Assembly: GCA_033762915.1 (NCBI GenBank)
Contig: JANRLD010000044.1
Location: 1-43,462 of the forward strand
DNA from: Meiothermus sp.
Lineage (GTDB): Bacteria; Deinococcota; Deinococci; Deinococcales; Thermaceae
DNA: 43,462 nucleotides
Direction: 5' to 3'
Made by a program: the position numbers and the translations under genes. The notes under the pieces are model-generated. The model made no database searches, was not told where the DNA came from, and was given only the letters and a program-made list of their open reading frames with translations. Below, one piece after another: positions 8,219 to 19,486 of this stretch. Position 1 is the stretch's first letter. Each line of letters opens with the position of its first letter.

Positions 8219-11005
8219 TCACCGCTCATTGCCTTTTCTCCTCCGCTCCCTCGCCGCGTCCACCACCCGCCGGTTCCCGTCCTGCTCCAACTCCGCCAGC
8301 ACACTGTCGGGGGTGTTGGGGTTCTGGGTGAGGGCGTAGCGCACCAGCCACTCGGGGTAGGTGCGGTGGCGGACTTTGACCAACTCCTGCCGCGGGAGTT
8401 CGGCGCAGGAGAGGGCCAGGGCGCGGTTGAGGGGGTAGCGCGACCTCGAGGCGCTCACCAGCAGGCGGGCGCGGTGGGTCTCTAAAGTGCGCCGGTCGAG
8501 CTCGGGGTGGCGCAGGGCGTTGAGGCGGGTGTTCTCGTCGAGGTCGGAGAGCAGGCGCGACAGCACCTCCTGGCCGACACCGGGGTTCTTGGCCAGGGTT
8601 TGCCGCACCTCATGGTCGGCGTCGGCAGCAAGGGTCTGGACCTCGGCTTCGCCCAGGCTGCGGTTGCGGGCCAGGGCCACGCGCACCCGCCAGTCGGTGT
8701 CAGCGACCAGTTGGCGCAGCAGGTCGGGCGGGGTGGCAGGGTTCTGGGCGGCCAGGGAGCGGCTGTAGACGTTGCTTACCGCGAGGCCCTCGAGGAACTC
8801 GGCCTCGAGGGTCGGGTCGGCGGCCTCGGCGCGGGCGAAGCGGGCCTTCAGCTCGGGCGCGGTGCGGGGGTTGCAGGCCGCCTCCTGGCGCACCGACTCG
8901 TCTTCGTCGCCCAGCAGGAAGCCCAGCGCGAAGCTCGAGGCGCCGGGGTGCCGGGCCACCTGCTGGCGGATGTCGGGCTGTTCGTCGGCGGCGAGCCGGT
9001 CCAGCACCAGTTCGGACGCCAAGGGGTGGGCCACCACGCCGCGCCGCACGTCGCCGTCGCTATCCTGCGAGAGCTTGAAGAGCAGATCGGGCGAGAGGGC
9101 CGGGTTGGCGCTGAGGGCCACCCGCACCCGCCAGTCCTCGTCGGAGGCCAGCGCCCAGAGGCGGGGGTCGGGGGTGTTGGGGTGGCGGGCCGCGAGGCGG
9201 CGGCCCCACTCGTCCCCCACCGCGAGGCGCTCGAGGACGTGCTCGCCCACGCCGGGGTCGCCGCCCATCAGGCGGCGGTACAGCTCCTTACGGCTGACAT
9301 CGGCCCCCGAGCCCTCGAACCAGCCCACAAAAAGGCGCTCGAGGGCCGCCTCCGGGGCGGCAGGATTATCGGCCACGGCCTGCCGCACGTCGCGGTCGGG
9401 GTCGGCGGCGAGATCGGTCAGGAGGTCGGGCGCAGCCTGGGGGTTGGCGGCCACGGCCTGGCGCACTTTCCAGTGCTCGTCTCTGGCCAGCCGGAACAGC
9501 AGTGCAGCGGGCGCGGCGCGATTCAGGGCCACCCGCACCCGCACCTCGGGCTGGTCGTCGGCGCAGAGGGCCCCGAGGCTCCCCACCGGCACGCCAGGGT
9601 GTGCCGCGACGGCCTGCCGCACCTCGGGGTCGTGATCGACGGCCATCAGGGCCAGCAGGTCGGGCGCGGCCTGGGGGTTGCGGGCTGCCGCCATGCGGGT
9701 GTGCCAGTCGCCCTCCTGGGCCAGGCGCTCGAGGGTCGCGGCGGGCGCGTTGGGGTGGGCCGCCACCATCTGCCCGGCCCAGTGCCCGTGGCGGCTGAGC
9801 CGCTCGAGGTCGCCCGTGCCCAGCCCTGCGTCGCCCCGCTGGAGGCGCTCAAGTAGCTCGAGCAGCCCGCGCGGGGCCTCGGGGTTGGCAAGCGCGGCCT
9901 TCCGCACGTCCTCGTGCTCATCGGCGCAGAGCCGCTCAAGAGTCGCCAGCGGCACGTCCCGCCGCCCCGCCACCGCCAGCCGCACGTCGCGGTCGAGGTC
10001 GCGGGCCAGCGCCTCGAGGAACTCCGCCCCCAGCCGGGGGTTCTGTGCCGCCGCCGCCCTTACACGCCAGTCGTCGTCGGCCACGAAGCGTTCGAGCAGC
10101 TCCCCCGAGCACCCCGCGTGCCGCGCCACCAGCTGACGCATCCAGACGTGGCCCTTGGCGAGCAGCTCGAAGGGGGGAAAGTCGGCAGGGGGCAGAGATG
10201 AGGGGTCAGAGGAAGGAGGAAGGGGGAAGGGGGAAGGAGTACCCACACCCGTGGTGCCGTCGCTTCCCTCTTCCCTCCTCCCTCCTCCCTCCAGCCATCG
10301 CAACAACTCCACCGACTTCGCCGCCACCCGCGCATTCCCCCGCGCCGCCCTCCGAACCTCCTCGTCCTCATCGAAGAGGAGCGCCTCGAGGACTTCTTCG
10401 GTGCTGTAGGGGGAATCGGCCAGGCTCTGGCGCAGCAGCACGTCGGGCTCGCGCACCAGGCGGGGGGCCAGCCAGACCGGCATCAAGCCGCTCATCACCA
10501 GGCCGCGCAACTCGAAGGTGTCGGCGGGGGCGTCGGCCCACCAGAGAGCGCTGGGGAGCGGGGAGGCCTCGAGGCCCACGTGCATCTGCGCGGCCTCCGC
10601 GACGGCAAAGACCGGGTGGCGCTGCAAGGGCTCGATGAGCTCGAGGGGCGCCGCAGGGTTCCGCAGCACGCTCAGCAGGCCGTTGATCTCGCCGTTCTTG
10701 ACCGCCCAGCGGGCGAAGCCCTCTGACGCCCCCGGGTGGCCCAGCAGGCTGTTGCGGGCGAACTCGGGCAGCTCGGCCAGCAGGTTGGGGTTGACCACCA
10801 GCAGCAGGTCGAGTACCGGGTTGCCCAGCACCTCCTCGGGGAAGTGGACAAGCAGCCGCTCCAGCACCTCCTCGGGGGTGTTGGGGTTGGCCGCGACGGC
10901 CCTCCTGACCTCGGGCTGGGGGCTCGAGGCCAACCGCCGCAACTGCTCGGGCGCGGTCGCGGGGTCGAGGGCGGCCTGGAGGCTGGGGGTCATGGGTTCT
11001 TTCAT
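8219..11005 (-). CDS. Large leucine-rich-repeat-variant (LRV)/HEAT-like solenoid protein
   Basis: More than 20 ~24-aa repeats of type LAxDxDxxVRxAVAxNPxxP; start at 11005 or 10993 uncertain. Confidence 0.85.
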   Translation of the reverse strand: MKEPMTPSLQAALDPATAPEQLRRLASSPQPEVRRAVAANPNTPEEVLERLLVHFPEEVLGNPVLDLLLVVNPNLLAELPEFARNSLLGHPGASEGFARWAVKNGEINGLLSVLRNPAAPLELIEPLQRHPVFAVAEAAQMHVGLEASPLPSALWWADAPADTFELRGLVMSGLMPVWLAPRLVREPDVLLRQSLADSPYSTEEVLEALLFDEDEEVRRAARGNARVAAKSVELLRWLEGGGRREEGSDGTTGVGTPSPFPLPPSSDPSSLPPADFPPFELLAKGHVWMRQLVARHAGCSGELLERFVADDDWRVRAAAAQNPRLGAEFLEALARDLDRDVRLAVAGRRDVPLATLERLCADEHEDVRKAALANPEAPRGLLELLERLQRGDAGLGTGDLERLSRHGHWAGQMVAAHPNAPAATLERLAQEGDWHTRMAAARNPQAAPDLLALMAVDHDPEVRQAVAAHPGVPVGSLGALCADDQPEVRVRVALNRAAPAALLFRLARDEHWKVRQAVAANPQAAPDLLTDLAADPDRDVRQAVADNPAAPEAALERLFVGWFEGSGADVSRKELYRRLMGGDPGVGEHVLERLAVGDEWGRRLAARHPNTPDPRLWALASDEDWRVRVALSANPALSPDLLFKLSQDSDGDVRRGVVAHPLASELVLDRLAADEQPDIRQQVARHPGASSFALGFLLGDEDESVRQEAACNPRTAPELKARFARAEAADPTLEAEFLEGLAVSNVYSRSLAAQNPATPPDLLRQLVADTDWRVRVALARNRSLGEAEVQTLAADADHEVRQTLAKNPGVGQEVLSRLLSDLDENTRLNALRHPELDRRTLETHRARLLVSASRSRYPLNRALALSCAELPRQELVKVRHRTYPEWLVRYALTQNPNTPDSVLAELEQDGNRRVVDAARERRRKGNER
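10209..10290. repeat. Inverted pair of heptamer tandem arrays inside the LRV gene
   Basis: 4x G(A/G)GGAAG at 10209-10236 and 4x C(T/C)TCCCT at 10263-10290. Confidence 0.65.
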
Positions 11006-11086
11006 GGTACTGGAAGGGGGCGAAGTGCGGCGGGTAAACCCGGACAGGGGACGGTAGCGGCGGATGCGCAATTTCTTACGGGCGGT

Positions 11087-11111
11087 TTGAGGCGGCATCT
11101 CGCAGTTCAAC
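11087..11111 (-). repeat. 25-bp dispersed repeat, family 2, copy 1
   Basis: Minus strand GTTGAACTGCGAGATGCCGCCTCAA; 23/25 identical to 12556-12580 and 20/25 to 29684-29708. Confidence 0.7.
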
Positions 11112-11307
11112 TACACAGACACAGTCTCGCGGGTCTTGCTGAATGGCGCTTGTTGTTTGTCTTTGGGTCGCGTTTTGTGGGGGCCAATCCTGTGTGGTTG
11201 GCCCAAACCGGGCGAGGCCGCGGATGTGGCGCACCCGGCCGAGCTGAAGGCCAGCCTCGAGGCACCTGTCCCCAAAAAACGTTGCTCACTGCCTTCTATT
11301 CCCTGCC

Positions 11308-12306
11308 TCAGCTCAACACCAGCGCTTTGTACTCCTGCACAAACTGGTTGATCCTCGGGTCGCGCTGCACCATCTGGGCCAGTGCGCCCACCATGCCCCG
11401 GCGGCGGAAGCGCCCGAAGAGATCGCCCACGAAGAGCTGCACCCACTCGGCGGGGGCGGCCTCGATGAGGTAGCGGAAGGCGTTTAGGGCTTGCTCGAGG
11501 CTCTCGGCCCGCAGGGTGAGGCCCATGGTGAGGGCGTAGCGCTGCGACGGCTCGTCGGGGAAGGGGCGGCTGCTGTGGCCTGCCAGGATTTCAACCAGCT
11601 CAGGCAGCACCTCGTAGACCTTGCCGAAGGCCTCGAACTCCGAGGCGGCACCCTCGCCCACCACCGGGGCGATGTCTAGCCCGGCCGAGAGCAGCTTGCT
11701 GGCCATCTCCCAGCTCCGGGGGCTGGGCCAGTTGGGGTGCTTGGTGTCCATCTGGTGCAGCAGCGCGGGGCGGAAGGCCAGGAAGGCCAGAATCTGCTCG
11801 TGGAGCCCCACCCCGAAGCCGTACTGCTTGAAGGAGTCGAAGTCGGGAGAGACCTAGAGGTGCACGAAACGGTTCGCCAGCGGCGCGGGCATGTCGAAGA
11901 CGGCGGCGCGGTCCTCCTTGCGGTTGCCCGCCGCCCAGACGTACCAGCCCTCGGGCAGGTCGTAGCTCCCTACCTTCCGATCCAGGATGAGCTGCTGGGC
12001 CATGCCCTGCATGGTGGGGGGGGCCATGTTCAATTCGTCGAGGAAAAGAATTCCCTCGCCCGAGGTGGGCAGGAACTCCGGCGGGAACCACCTCGACACC
12101 CCGTTCTCCGGGACGGGCAACCCGCGCAGGTCGGTGGGCGCGAGCTGCGACAGACGCACGTCGATAAACCCGATCCCGTGGCGCTTGGCAGTCTGGGCCA
12201 CGATAGACGACTTGCCCACCCCCGGCGGCCCCCAGAGCATGGTGGAGAGCTTGAGGCGGTTTTCGATCAGGCTCGAGAGGTAGGCGGAAAGCTCGAGAGG
12301 TGTCAC
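11308..12306 (-). pseudogene. MoxR-like AAA+ ATPase interrupted by one in-frame TAG at 11856-11854
   Basis: Walker A GPPGVGKS, Walker B ILFLDE, AAGN, LANRF arginine finger; track ORFs 11854..12507 and 11308..11811 share a frame and join as NRFVHL*VSPDFDSF; GTG start 12306. Confidence 0.85.
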
Positions 12307-12555
12307 GAGTCGAGTGTGGGGCAAGGAGTTCTTAATGTTGTAAGGAGGTTGACAATTGGCTCGAGGGTTAACGGGCCTTAAATTTACACCTGAAGTACGG
12401 CCCCGGCGGGGGCACAAGCGGATGCAGGCCCCGGAGTCGCCGCGAAACCTTGGCGCCGGATGATGCGCCCAAACCCGCTGGAATCGCGTCAAAACCCACG
12501 AGCTCAAGTCTGGCCCGCGCTCGGCTCGAGCAAAAAGGCTGACCGGGTGTCTATG

Positions 12556-12580
12556 GTTGAACTGCGGGATGCCGCCCCAA
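12556..12580 (+). repeat. 25-bp dispersed repeat, family 2, copy 2
   Basis: GTTGAACTGCGGGATGCCGCCCCAA; preceded by GTGTCT as in copy 1. Confidence 0.7.
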
Positions 12581-12600
12581 TGCGACTTGGAGGCTCGAGG

Positions 12601-12632
12601 TAAAAGAAGGCCGAGCGCGCAGTGCTCGGCCT
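12601..12632 (-). terminator. Rho-independent terminator of guaB
   Basis: Minus strand AGGCCGAGC-7 nt-GCTCGGCCT followed by TCTTTT. Confidence 0.75.
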
Positions 12633-12672
12633 GGGCCGGTTGGGCCGGGTTTTGGCCTGGCCAGGGCCCGGC

Positions 12673-14620
<1,948 letters not shown>

Positions 14621-14804
14621 AGCTCGCAGGTCTCGCAGCGGTTCCCGCATATGCGATCTTGCGTCCCACCGGGTGGGGGGCAAGGGTCAGCGCCGCCGTT
14701 AAGTGTCTCCAAAGCTGATATGCGAAATGCCACCCGGCAGCCCGTTGGGGAATTGCGCCGGAAAGCCGCTCGCTGCCGAGGTCGCGTGGAGGGTTTCGCA
14801 TACT

Positions 14805-14900
14805 CATCGCGTTTCCCACCATGATCTCCCTTGCGGCAGTAGGTAATGTACGCCCTACAGCAAAAACCGCTGTAGGGCGTATGTGTGGGAACCGCTCTCA
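14805..14900. mobile_element. MITE/REP-like element (family 1), uninterrupted copy
   Basis: CATCGCGTTTCCCACC...GTGGGAACCGCTCT; perfect internal hairpin TACGCCCTACAGC-AAAAACC-GCTGTAGGGCGTA (14849-14881); a further end-like CAGCGGTTCCCGCAT at 14636-14650. Confidence 0.7.
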
Positions 14901-14920
14901 CTATGGCACAACTTCGGAAG

Positions 14921-14970
14921 GCCCTCCTCCCAACCCTTCTGCCGTGCGCGAGAGGCTGAGGAGAGGGGCT
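14921..14970. repeat. REP-like palindrome (CCCTCCTCCCAACCCTTCT type)
   Basis: Related to the reverse complement of 43416-43452. Confidence 0.45.
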
Positions 14971-14995
14971 TTGTTCCTCTCTACCCCGGCGCAAC

Positions 14996-15706
14996 TTAAT
15001 AGCCCGACGGCTTGGCCGAGCCGTGCCGGTAGTAGCGGGCGTAGTCGCCCACGATCAGGCGGAAGGGCTCAGCGTCCTCCTGGACCTCGGGAAAGCGGCC
15101 CAGCGGCTCGAGAAACCGGTTGTCGTTGGCATCGTCGTTGACGGTGGAGACCTCGCCGCACAGCACCGCCTCGCCCAGTGCGCGGAACTGGTGGTACTGG
15201 TAGGGCCGCAGGGTGATGGACTCGCCGGGCTCGAGGATCACCGACCCGCCCGCCCTCACCGTGCGCCACACCCCGTCGCAGTTCACCCGCACGTCTTCGC
15301 CGGAGAAGCCGCCCTCGGCGTCCGCTTGGTGGAGGACGATCTCGAGCCGCCCGCCGCCCCGATTGATGATGTCCTCGGTCTTGCGCCAGTGGAAGTGGTG
15401 CATCACCAACTGGTCGGGCTTGCAGACCAGCAGCTTCTCGCAGTAGACCTTGCCGTCGCCCTTGGCAAGTTCCTCGAGCGTCCCGTTGCGGAGGGTGAAG
15501 AGCAGAACGCCCTTGCGCTCGTACTCCCCCAGACCGAAGTCGGTCACGTCCCAGCCCAGGTTGTGCTGCACAATCTCGGCAGCCTCGGGGCCTTTGGCGG
15601 CCCACTCGGCGGGGCCCCAGTGCGCGAAGGGCGGCAGCTTGAACTTGAACGCGTCAATGAAGGCTGCACCGTCCCGGATGATCTGATTAATTTGCGAACG
15701 CTTCAT
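14996..15706 (-). CDS. D-lyxose/D-mannose family sugar isomerase (cupin, DUF1498-like)
   Basis: MKRSQIN, LPPFAHW, LGWDVTDFG, FTLRNG, YCEKL, HFHWRKTEDIINRGGG, GEVSTVNDD..DNRF. Confidence 0.88.
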   Translation of the reverse strand: MKRSQINQIIRDGAAFIDAFKFKLPPFAHWGPAEWAAKGPEAAEIVQHNLGWDVTDFGLGEYERKGVLLFTLRNGTLEELAKGDGKVYCEKLLVCKPDQLVMHHFHWRKTEDIINRGGGRLEIVLHQADAEGGFSGEDVRVNCDGVWRTVRAGGSVILEPGESITLRPYQYHQFRALGEAVLCGEVSTVNDDANDNRFLEPLGRFPEVQEDAEPFRLIVGDYARYYRHGSAKPSGY

Positions 15707-15796
15707 AGAACTCCCTATAGACGCGGAAAGCGTAAAGGAACGGCCTGACGGATGTGGGGTCTCCTTGCTGCTTCCCCTTGCTCTTCACCCTCGACT

Positions 15797-16750
15797 TCAC
15801 CGCAGCAGCCTCCCCGCCATCTCCTCTAATTCTGCCCAGTCGGTCATTCCGGTCATGGCCCCCATGGCCCGGACGCACATCGCCCCGGCAGCGTTGCCGT
15901 AGCGGGCACACTCGAGCAGGCCCTTCCCACGCAGCCGGGCCGCCAAGAAGCCGGCGATAAAGGCGTCGCCAGAGCCGGTGCCGTCCACGCTGGGCACGCT
16001 CAAGACGCCCACACGGTGCCGCTCGCCGTCCCGGCCCATCACGAAAGAGCCTTCCGGCCCCATCTTCAGGGCCACGACCTGGGAGACGCCCAGGTCGAAG
16101 AGCCGGCCGGCCACCGCCTCCGGCTCGTGCTCGCCGGTGATGTGGCGGGCGTCGTGGATGGAGGGGCAGAAAATGTCGGTGTGGGGCAACAGGTTGTGGA
16201 TGCGCGACCACTGGCCGGTGGCGTCCCACACGTTGTCAAGAGAGGTGACGAAGCCCAAAGACTTGGCCCCGGCAAACAGCTGCCGCGCCGGTTCGCAGTC
16301 GGGGTTGTCCAGACCAGGGAGGGCGAAGACACCCGCAAGGTGCAGCACCCTGGCCCCGCGTTCGCGGAGTGGCTCGAGGGGAACATCCCCCGGCACCAGC
16401 CGGGCGTTGGCCCCGACGGCGTGGATGAAGGTGCGCTCGCCCTCCTCGTCCACCAGCACCTGGGTGGCTGAGGTGGCCGCGCCCGCGTCGCGCACCAGCA
16501 GGCTCTCGGCCCCGTGGCGCCGGGCCTCCTGCACCAGGAAGTCGCCGAAGCCGTCGTTACCCACCCGCCCGATCACGGCGGTGGGGACGCCGAAGCGGGC
16601 CAGCGAGTAACCGGTGCTGGCCGCACTGCCGCCCGAGCAGAGCAGCACCTCGTCGACGAGCTCGAGGCCGCCCTTCTGGGCCGTGCCGCGCACGGGCCGC
16701 GCCACCACGTCGGCCACCACGATTCCAACTGACACGACCTCCAAGCTCAT
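15797..16750 (-). CDS. PfkB-family carbohydrate kinase
   Basis: GGSAAS, GRVGNDGFG, DEEGERTF, VDGTGSGDAFIAGF; GGAGG RBS. Confidence 0.9.
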   Translation of the reverse strand: MSLEVVSVGIVVADVVARPVRGTAQKGGLELVDEVLLCSGGSAASTGYSLARFGVPTAVIGRVGNDGFGDFLVQEARRHGAESLLVRDAGAATSATQVLVDEEGERTFIHAVGANARLVPGDVPLEPLRERGARVLHLAGVFALPGLDNPDCEPARQLFAGAKSLGFVTSLDNVWDATGQWSRIHNLLPHTDIFCPSIHDARHITGEHEPEAVAGRLFDLGVSQVVALKMGPEGSFVMGRDGERHRVGVLSVPSVDGTGSGDAFIAGFLAARLRGKGLLECARYGNAAGAMCVRAMGAMTGMTDWAELEEMAGRLLR

Positions 16751-16790
16751 GTGCCCTCCGCAACCCCCACGCCCAGCGCGCCCACTTCCG

Positions 16791-17636
16791 CTATCCCCTC
16801 CCCACCGAGCCGAACACCTCGAGCCGCTCCCGGACAACGCCGCTCAGCGCCTTGTTACTCGGGGCCAGCAGCTTGCGCACGTCCCACTCCGCCGGATGTG
16901 CGGCCAGGGTCTCGCGCATGAGGCGGGCATAGGTCTTCTGTAACTCGGTCCCCACGTTCACCTTGGCGATGCCCCGCTGGATGGCGGCCTGGACTGTCGG
17001 ATACGGTACACCCGAACCCCCGTGCAGCACCAGGGGGAGCGTGGTCTTGGCCGCGATGCGCTCGAGGCGCGGCAGGTCGAGCACCGCGTCTTGCTTCTCC
17101 TTCTGATGCACCGAGCCGAACGCCACCGCCAGCACGTCCACGCCGGTGCCCTCCACGAAGGCCGGAACCGTCTCGGGGTCAGTGAAGACCCCCGCCGACT
17201 CGACCTCCTCCTCCTTGCCCCCGATCTCGCCCAGCTCGCCCTCCAGGCTCACCCCGCCCGAGTGCGCGGCCTCGGCTGCACCCCTGGTGAGGGCGATGTT
17301 TTCCTCGAGCGGCAGGTGCGAGGCGTCGATCATCACGCTGGTGAAACCGGCCCTGAGCGCTCTGGTAATGTCGTCGAGGCTCAGCCCGTGGTCGAGGTGC
17401 AAGCAGACCGGCACGCTGGCGGCCTCGGCCATGGCCCGGACCGCCGCCGGGAAGCCCGCCCACCCGCTGTACTTGGCGGCCCCGGTGGTCACGGCCACGA
17501 TCACCGGGCTCTTCAGCTCCTCGGCGGTGTCGATGACAGCCTTGGCGTACTCGAGGTTGATGCAGTTGAACGCGCCCACCGCGTAGTGGGAGGCCCGGGC
17601 GGGTTGGAGGATTTGGGCAGAGGTGACTAGGGGCAT
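16791..17636 (-). CDS. Class II fructose/tagatose-bisphosphate aldolase family
   Basis: YAVGAFN, LHLDHG, GFTSVMIDAS, EGELG, PLVLHGGSG, KVNVGT; AGGAG RBS. Confidence 0.92.
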   Translation of the reverse strand: MPLVTSAQILQPARASHYAVGAFNCINLEYAKAVIDTAEELKSPVIVAVTTGAAKYSGWAGFPAAVRAMAEAASVPVCLHLDHGLSLDDITRALRAGFTSVMIDASHLPLEENIALTRGAAEAAHSGGVSLEGELGEIGGKEEEVESAGVFTDPETVPAFVEGTGVDVLAVAFGSVHQKEKQDAVLDLPRLERIAAKTTLPLVLHGGSGVPYPTVQAAIQRGIAKVNVGTELQKTYARLMRETLAAHPAEWDVRKLLAPSNKALSGVVRERLEVFGSVGRG

Positions 17637-17685
17637 GGGACTCCTTCAGGGGGTCGGGGGTTGAACGCCGGGCACCGAGAGACAG

Positions 17686-18609
17686 CTAGGCGCGGGCAAA
17701 CTCCTTGTGGGTGGGCATGCGGTCGAAGGGAACCAGCGCGGGCTGTCCGGCTTGCCAGGCGATCATGCCGGAACGGCCCTGGGCCAGCATATCCGCCCCG
17801 AACTCGGCCAGCGACTTAGCCAGGAAGCGGTCGTGGGCGGACGGGCGGCCCCCGCGCATGGTGTGCGAGGGGCGGGCGAAACGCAGCCGCAGGCCGACGC
17901 GGCGCTCGAGTTCGAGCAAGGTTTTTTCCAGGTCGGGGTAGCCCTCGCTGGCGACCAGGAGCGCGAAGCCTTGGCGCCGGATTGCGCCGCCGGTCACGGA
18001 GTCAAGCACGTCCGCCGGGACGGGGGCCTCCGGCACCAGGATCAGGTCAGCCCCGCCGGTCTGGCCGATGCGCTCGGCCAGGAAGCCGGTGCCGCCGCCC
18101 AGGGTCTCGAGGGCGCACAGCCTCGGTAGGGCCTCGGCGGTGTCGCGGAACTGATCGAGCAGCACCAGCCCGGAGTTTACGGCGGTGTCGAAGCCGATGC
18201 TGTCCTCCGAGCCCGCCACGTCGTTGTCAATGGTGCCCGGAAGCCCCACCACGCCGACGCCCGACGCCCTGGCCAGCGCCGCCGCCCCGCGCAACGAGCC
18301 GTTGCCGCCCAGCACCATCAGGTGAGAGATCGGCCAGGCCCGGAGTTGCTCGAGCGCCTGCGGGATTTTCTGCGAAAAGTCCGGGTCGCGGCTGGTGCCC
18401 AGGAAGGTGCCGCCGAGCCTCGAGTAGCGCAGAGCTTGGGCGGCCTTAAGTTCGACAAACTCACCCTTCAACAGGCCCGCGAACCCCTCCCTGACGCCGA
18501 AGACTTCCCAGCCGGCGGACTCGAGCCGGTGGCAGGCGGCCCATACCGCCATGTTCATCCCCGGGGAGTCCCCGCCCGAGGTCAGGATGGCCAGGCGATG
18601 ATCAGTCAT
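17686..18609 (-). CDS. Divergent PfkA-family 6-phosphofructokinase
   Basis: TSGGDSPGMN, GGTFLGTSR, GGNGS, PGTIDND, IGFDTA, HTMRGG; canonical MGR replaced by LGG. Confidence 0.85.
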   Translation of the reverse strand: MTDHRLAILTSGGDSPGMNMAVWAACHRLESAGWEVFGVREGFAGLLKGEFVELKAAQALRYSRLGGTFLGTSRDPDFSQKIPQALEQLRAWPISHLMVLGGNGSLRGAAALARASGVGVVGLPGTIDNDVAGSEDSIGFDTAVNSGLVLLDQFRDTAEALPRLCALETLGGGTGFLAERIGQTGGADLILVPEAPVPADVLDSVTGGAIRRQGFALLVASEGYPDLEKTLLELERRVGLRLRFARPSHTMRGGRPSAHDRFLAKSLAEFGADMLAQGRSGMIAWQAGQPALVPFDRMPTHKEFARA

Positions 18610-18709
18610 GGTGAGAAGGAGGCAGAAGACAAGTGGCGCTTCGCCGCGCGGCATTTTGCCGGGAAAGACGGGTTGGTCGGGCGCGCTGGCTCATCGACCT
18701 ATCCCCAGA

Positions 18710-19453
18710 TCAGTGACCCTCGGCGCCCACCATCAGCTTGACCAGCTCGTCGCCGTTGGTTTGGGTGGCGACCCGCTCGCCGGCCTTGGAGCCGCGCAGC
18801 AGAACCAGGATCCGGTCGGAAACCGCGAAGATGTCGCCCAGGTTGTGCGAGATGAAGATGATGGCCACCCCCTGCTTCTTGAGGTTGTGGATTAGCTCGA
18901 CCACCTTGCGCTGCTCAGGCACCCCCAGAGCGGCGGTGGGCTCGTCCATGATCAGGAGCTTGGCCTTCCAATAGACTGCCCGCCCGATGGCCACCGCCTG
19001 ACGCTGACCGCCCGACAGGTCGCGCACGGGTCGGTCGAGGCGGGTCTTGATGTCCAGGGTGTCGAGCACCTGCGCCGACTCGGAACGCATCCTGGCCCGG
19101 TCCATCACCGGGAAGCCGAAGACGCTCTTCATGGGCTCGCGGCCCAGGAAGACGTTCTCGCCCACGTCGAGGTTGTCGGCCAGAGCTAGGTCTTGGTAGA
19201 TGGTTTCGATGCCCGCCTCTCGAGCAAACTTGGGGTTCTCGAAGCGCACCTCCTGCCCGTTGAAGATGATCTGCCCCTCCTCCGGCAGGTGCACCCCAGA
19301 AATGCACTTAATCAGCGTAGACTTTCCCGCCCCGTTGTCACCCGCCAGGGCCAGCACCTCCCCTGGATAGAGGTCGAAGGAGACATCGGAGAGCGCCGTA
19401 ACCCCGCCGAAGCGCTTGGAGACATTGCGGACTTGCAGGATTGGGTCAGGCAT
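18710..19453 (-). CDS. Sugar ABC transporter ATP-binding protein (single NBD)
   Basis: GDNGAGKST, IYQDLALADNL, LSGGQRQAVAI, IMDEPTAALG. Confidence 0.93.
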   Translation of the reverse strand: MPDPILQVRNVSKRFGGVTALSDVSFDLYPGEVLALAGDNGAGKSTLIKCISGVHLPEEGQIIFNGQEVRFENPKFAREAGIETIYQDLALADNLDVGENVFLGREPMKSVFGFPVMDRARMRSESAQVLDTLDIKTRLDRPVRDLSGGQRQAVAIGRAVYWKAKLLIMDEPTAALGVPEQRKVVELIHNLKKQGVAIIFISHNLGDIFAVSDRILVLLRGSKAGERVATQTNGDELVKLMVGAEGH

Positions 19454-19486
19454 GGGGGCTCCCTTCGGTCGCGCGCTGGGGCAGGC

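Noticed and set aside
11107..11289. 60-aa ORF between the AAA and LRV genes
   Set aside because: Atypical codon usage, no family motif, overlaps a repeat; not excluded but unsupported
11854..11856. Pyrrolysine or genome-wide TAG recoding
   Set aside because: TAG ends other intact genes here (maeA, lacD, PilW-like, PfkA); no pyl genes in the window
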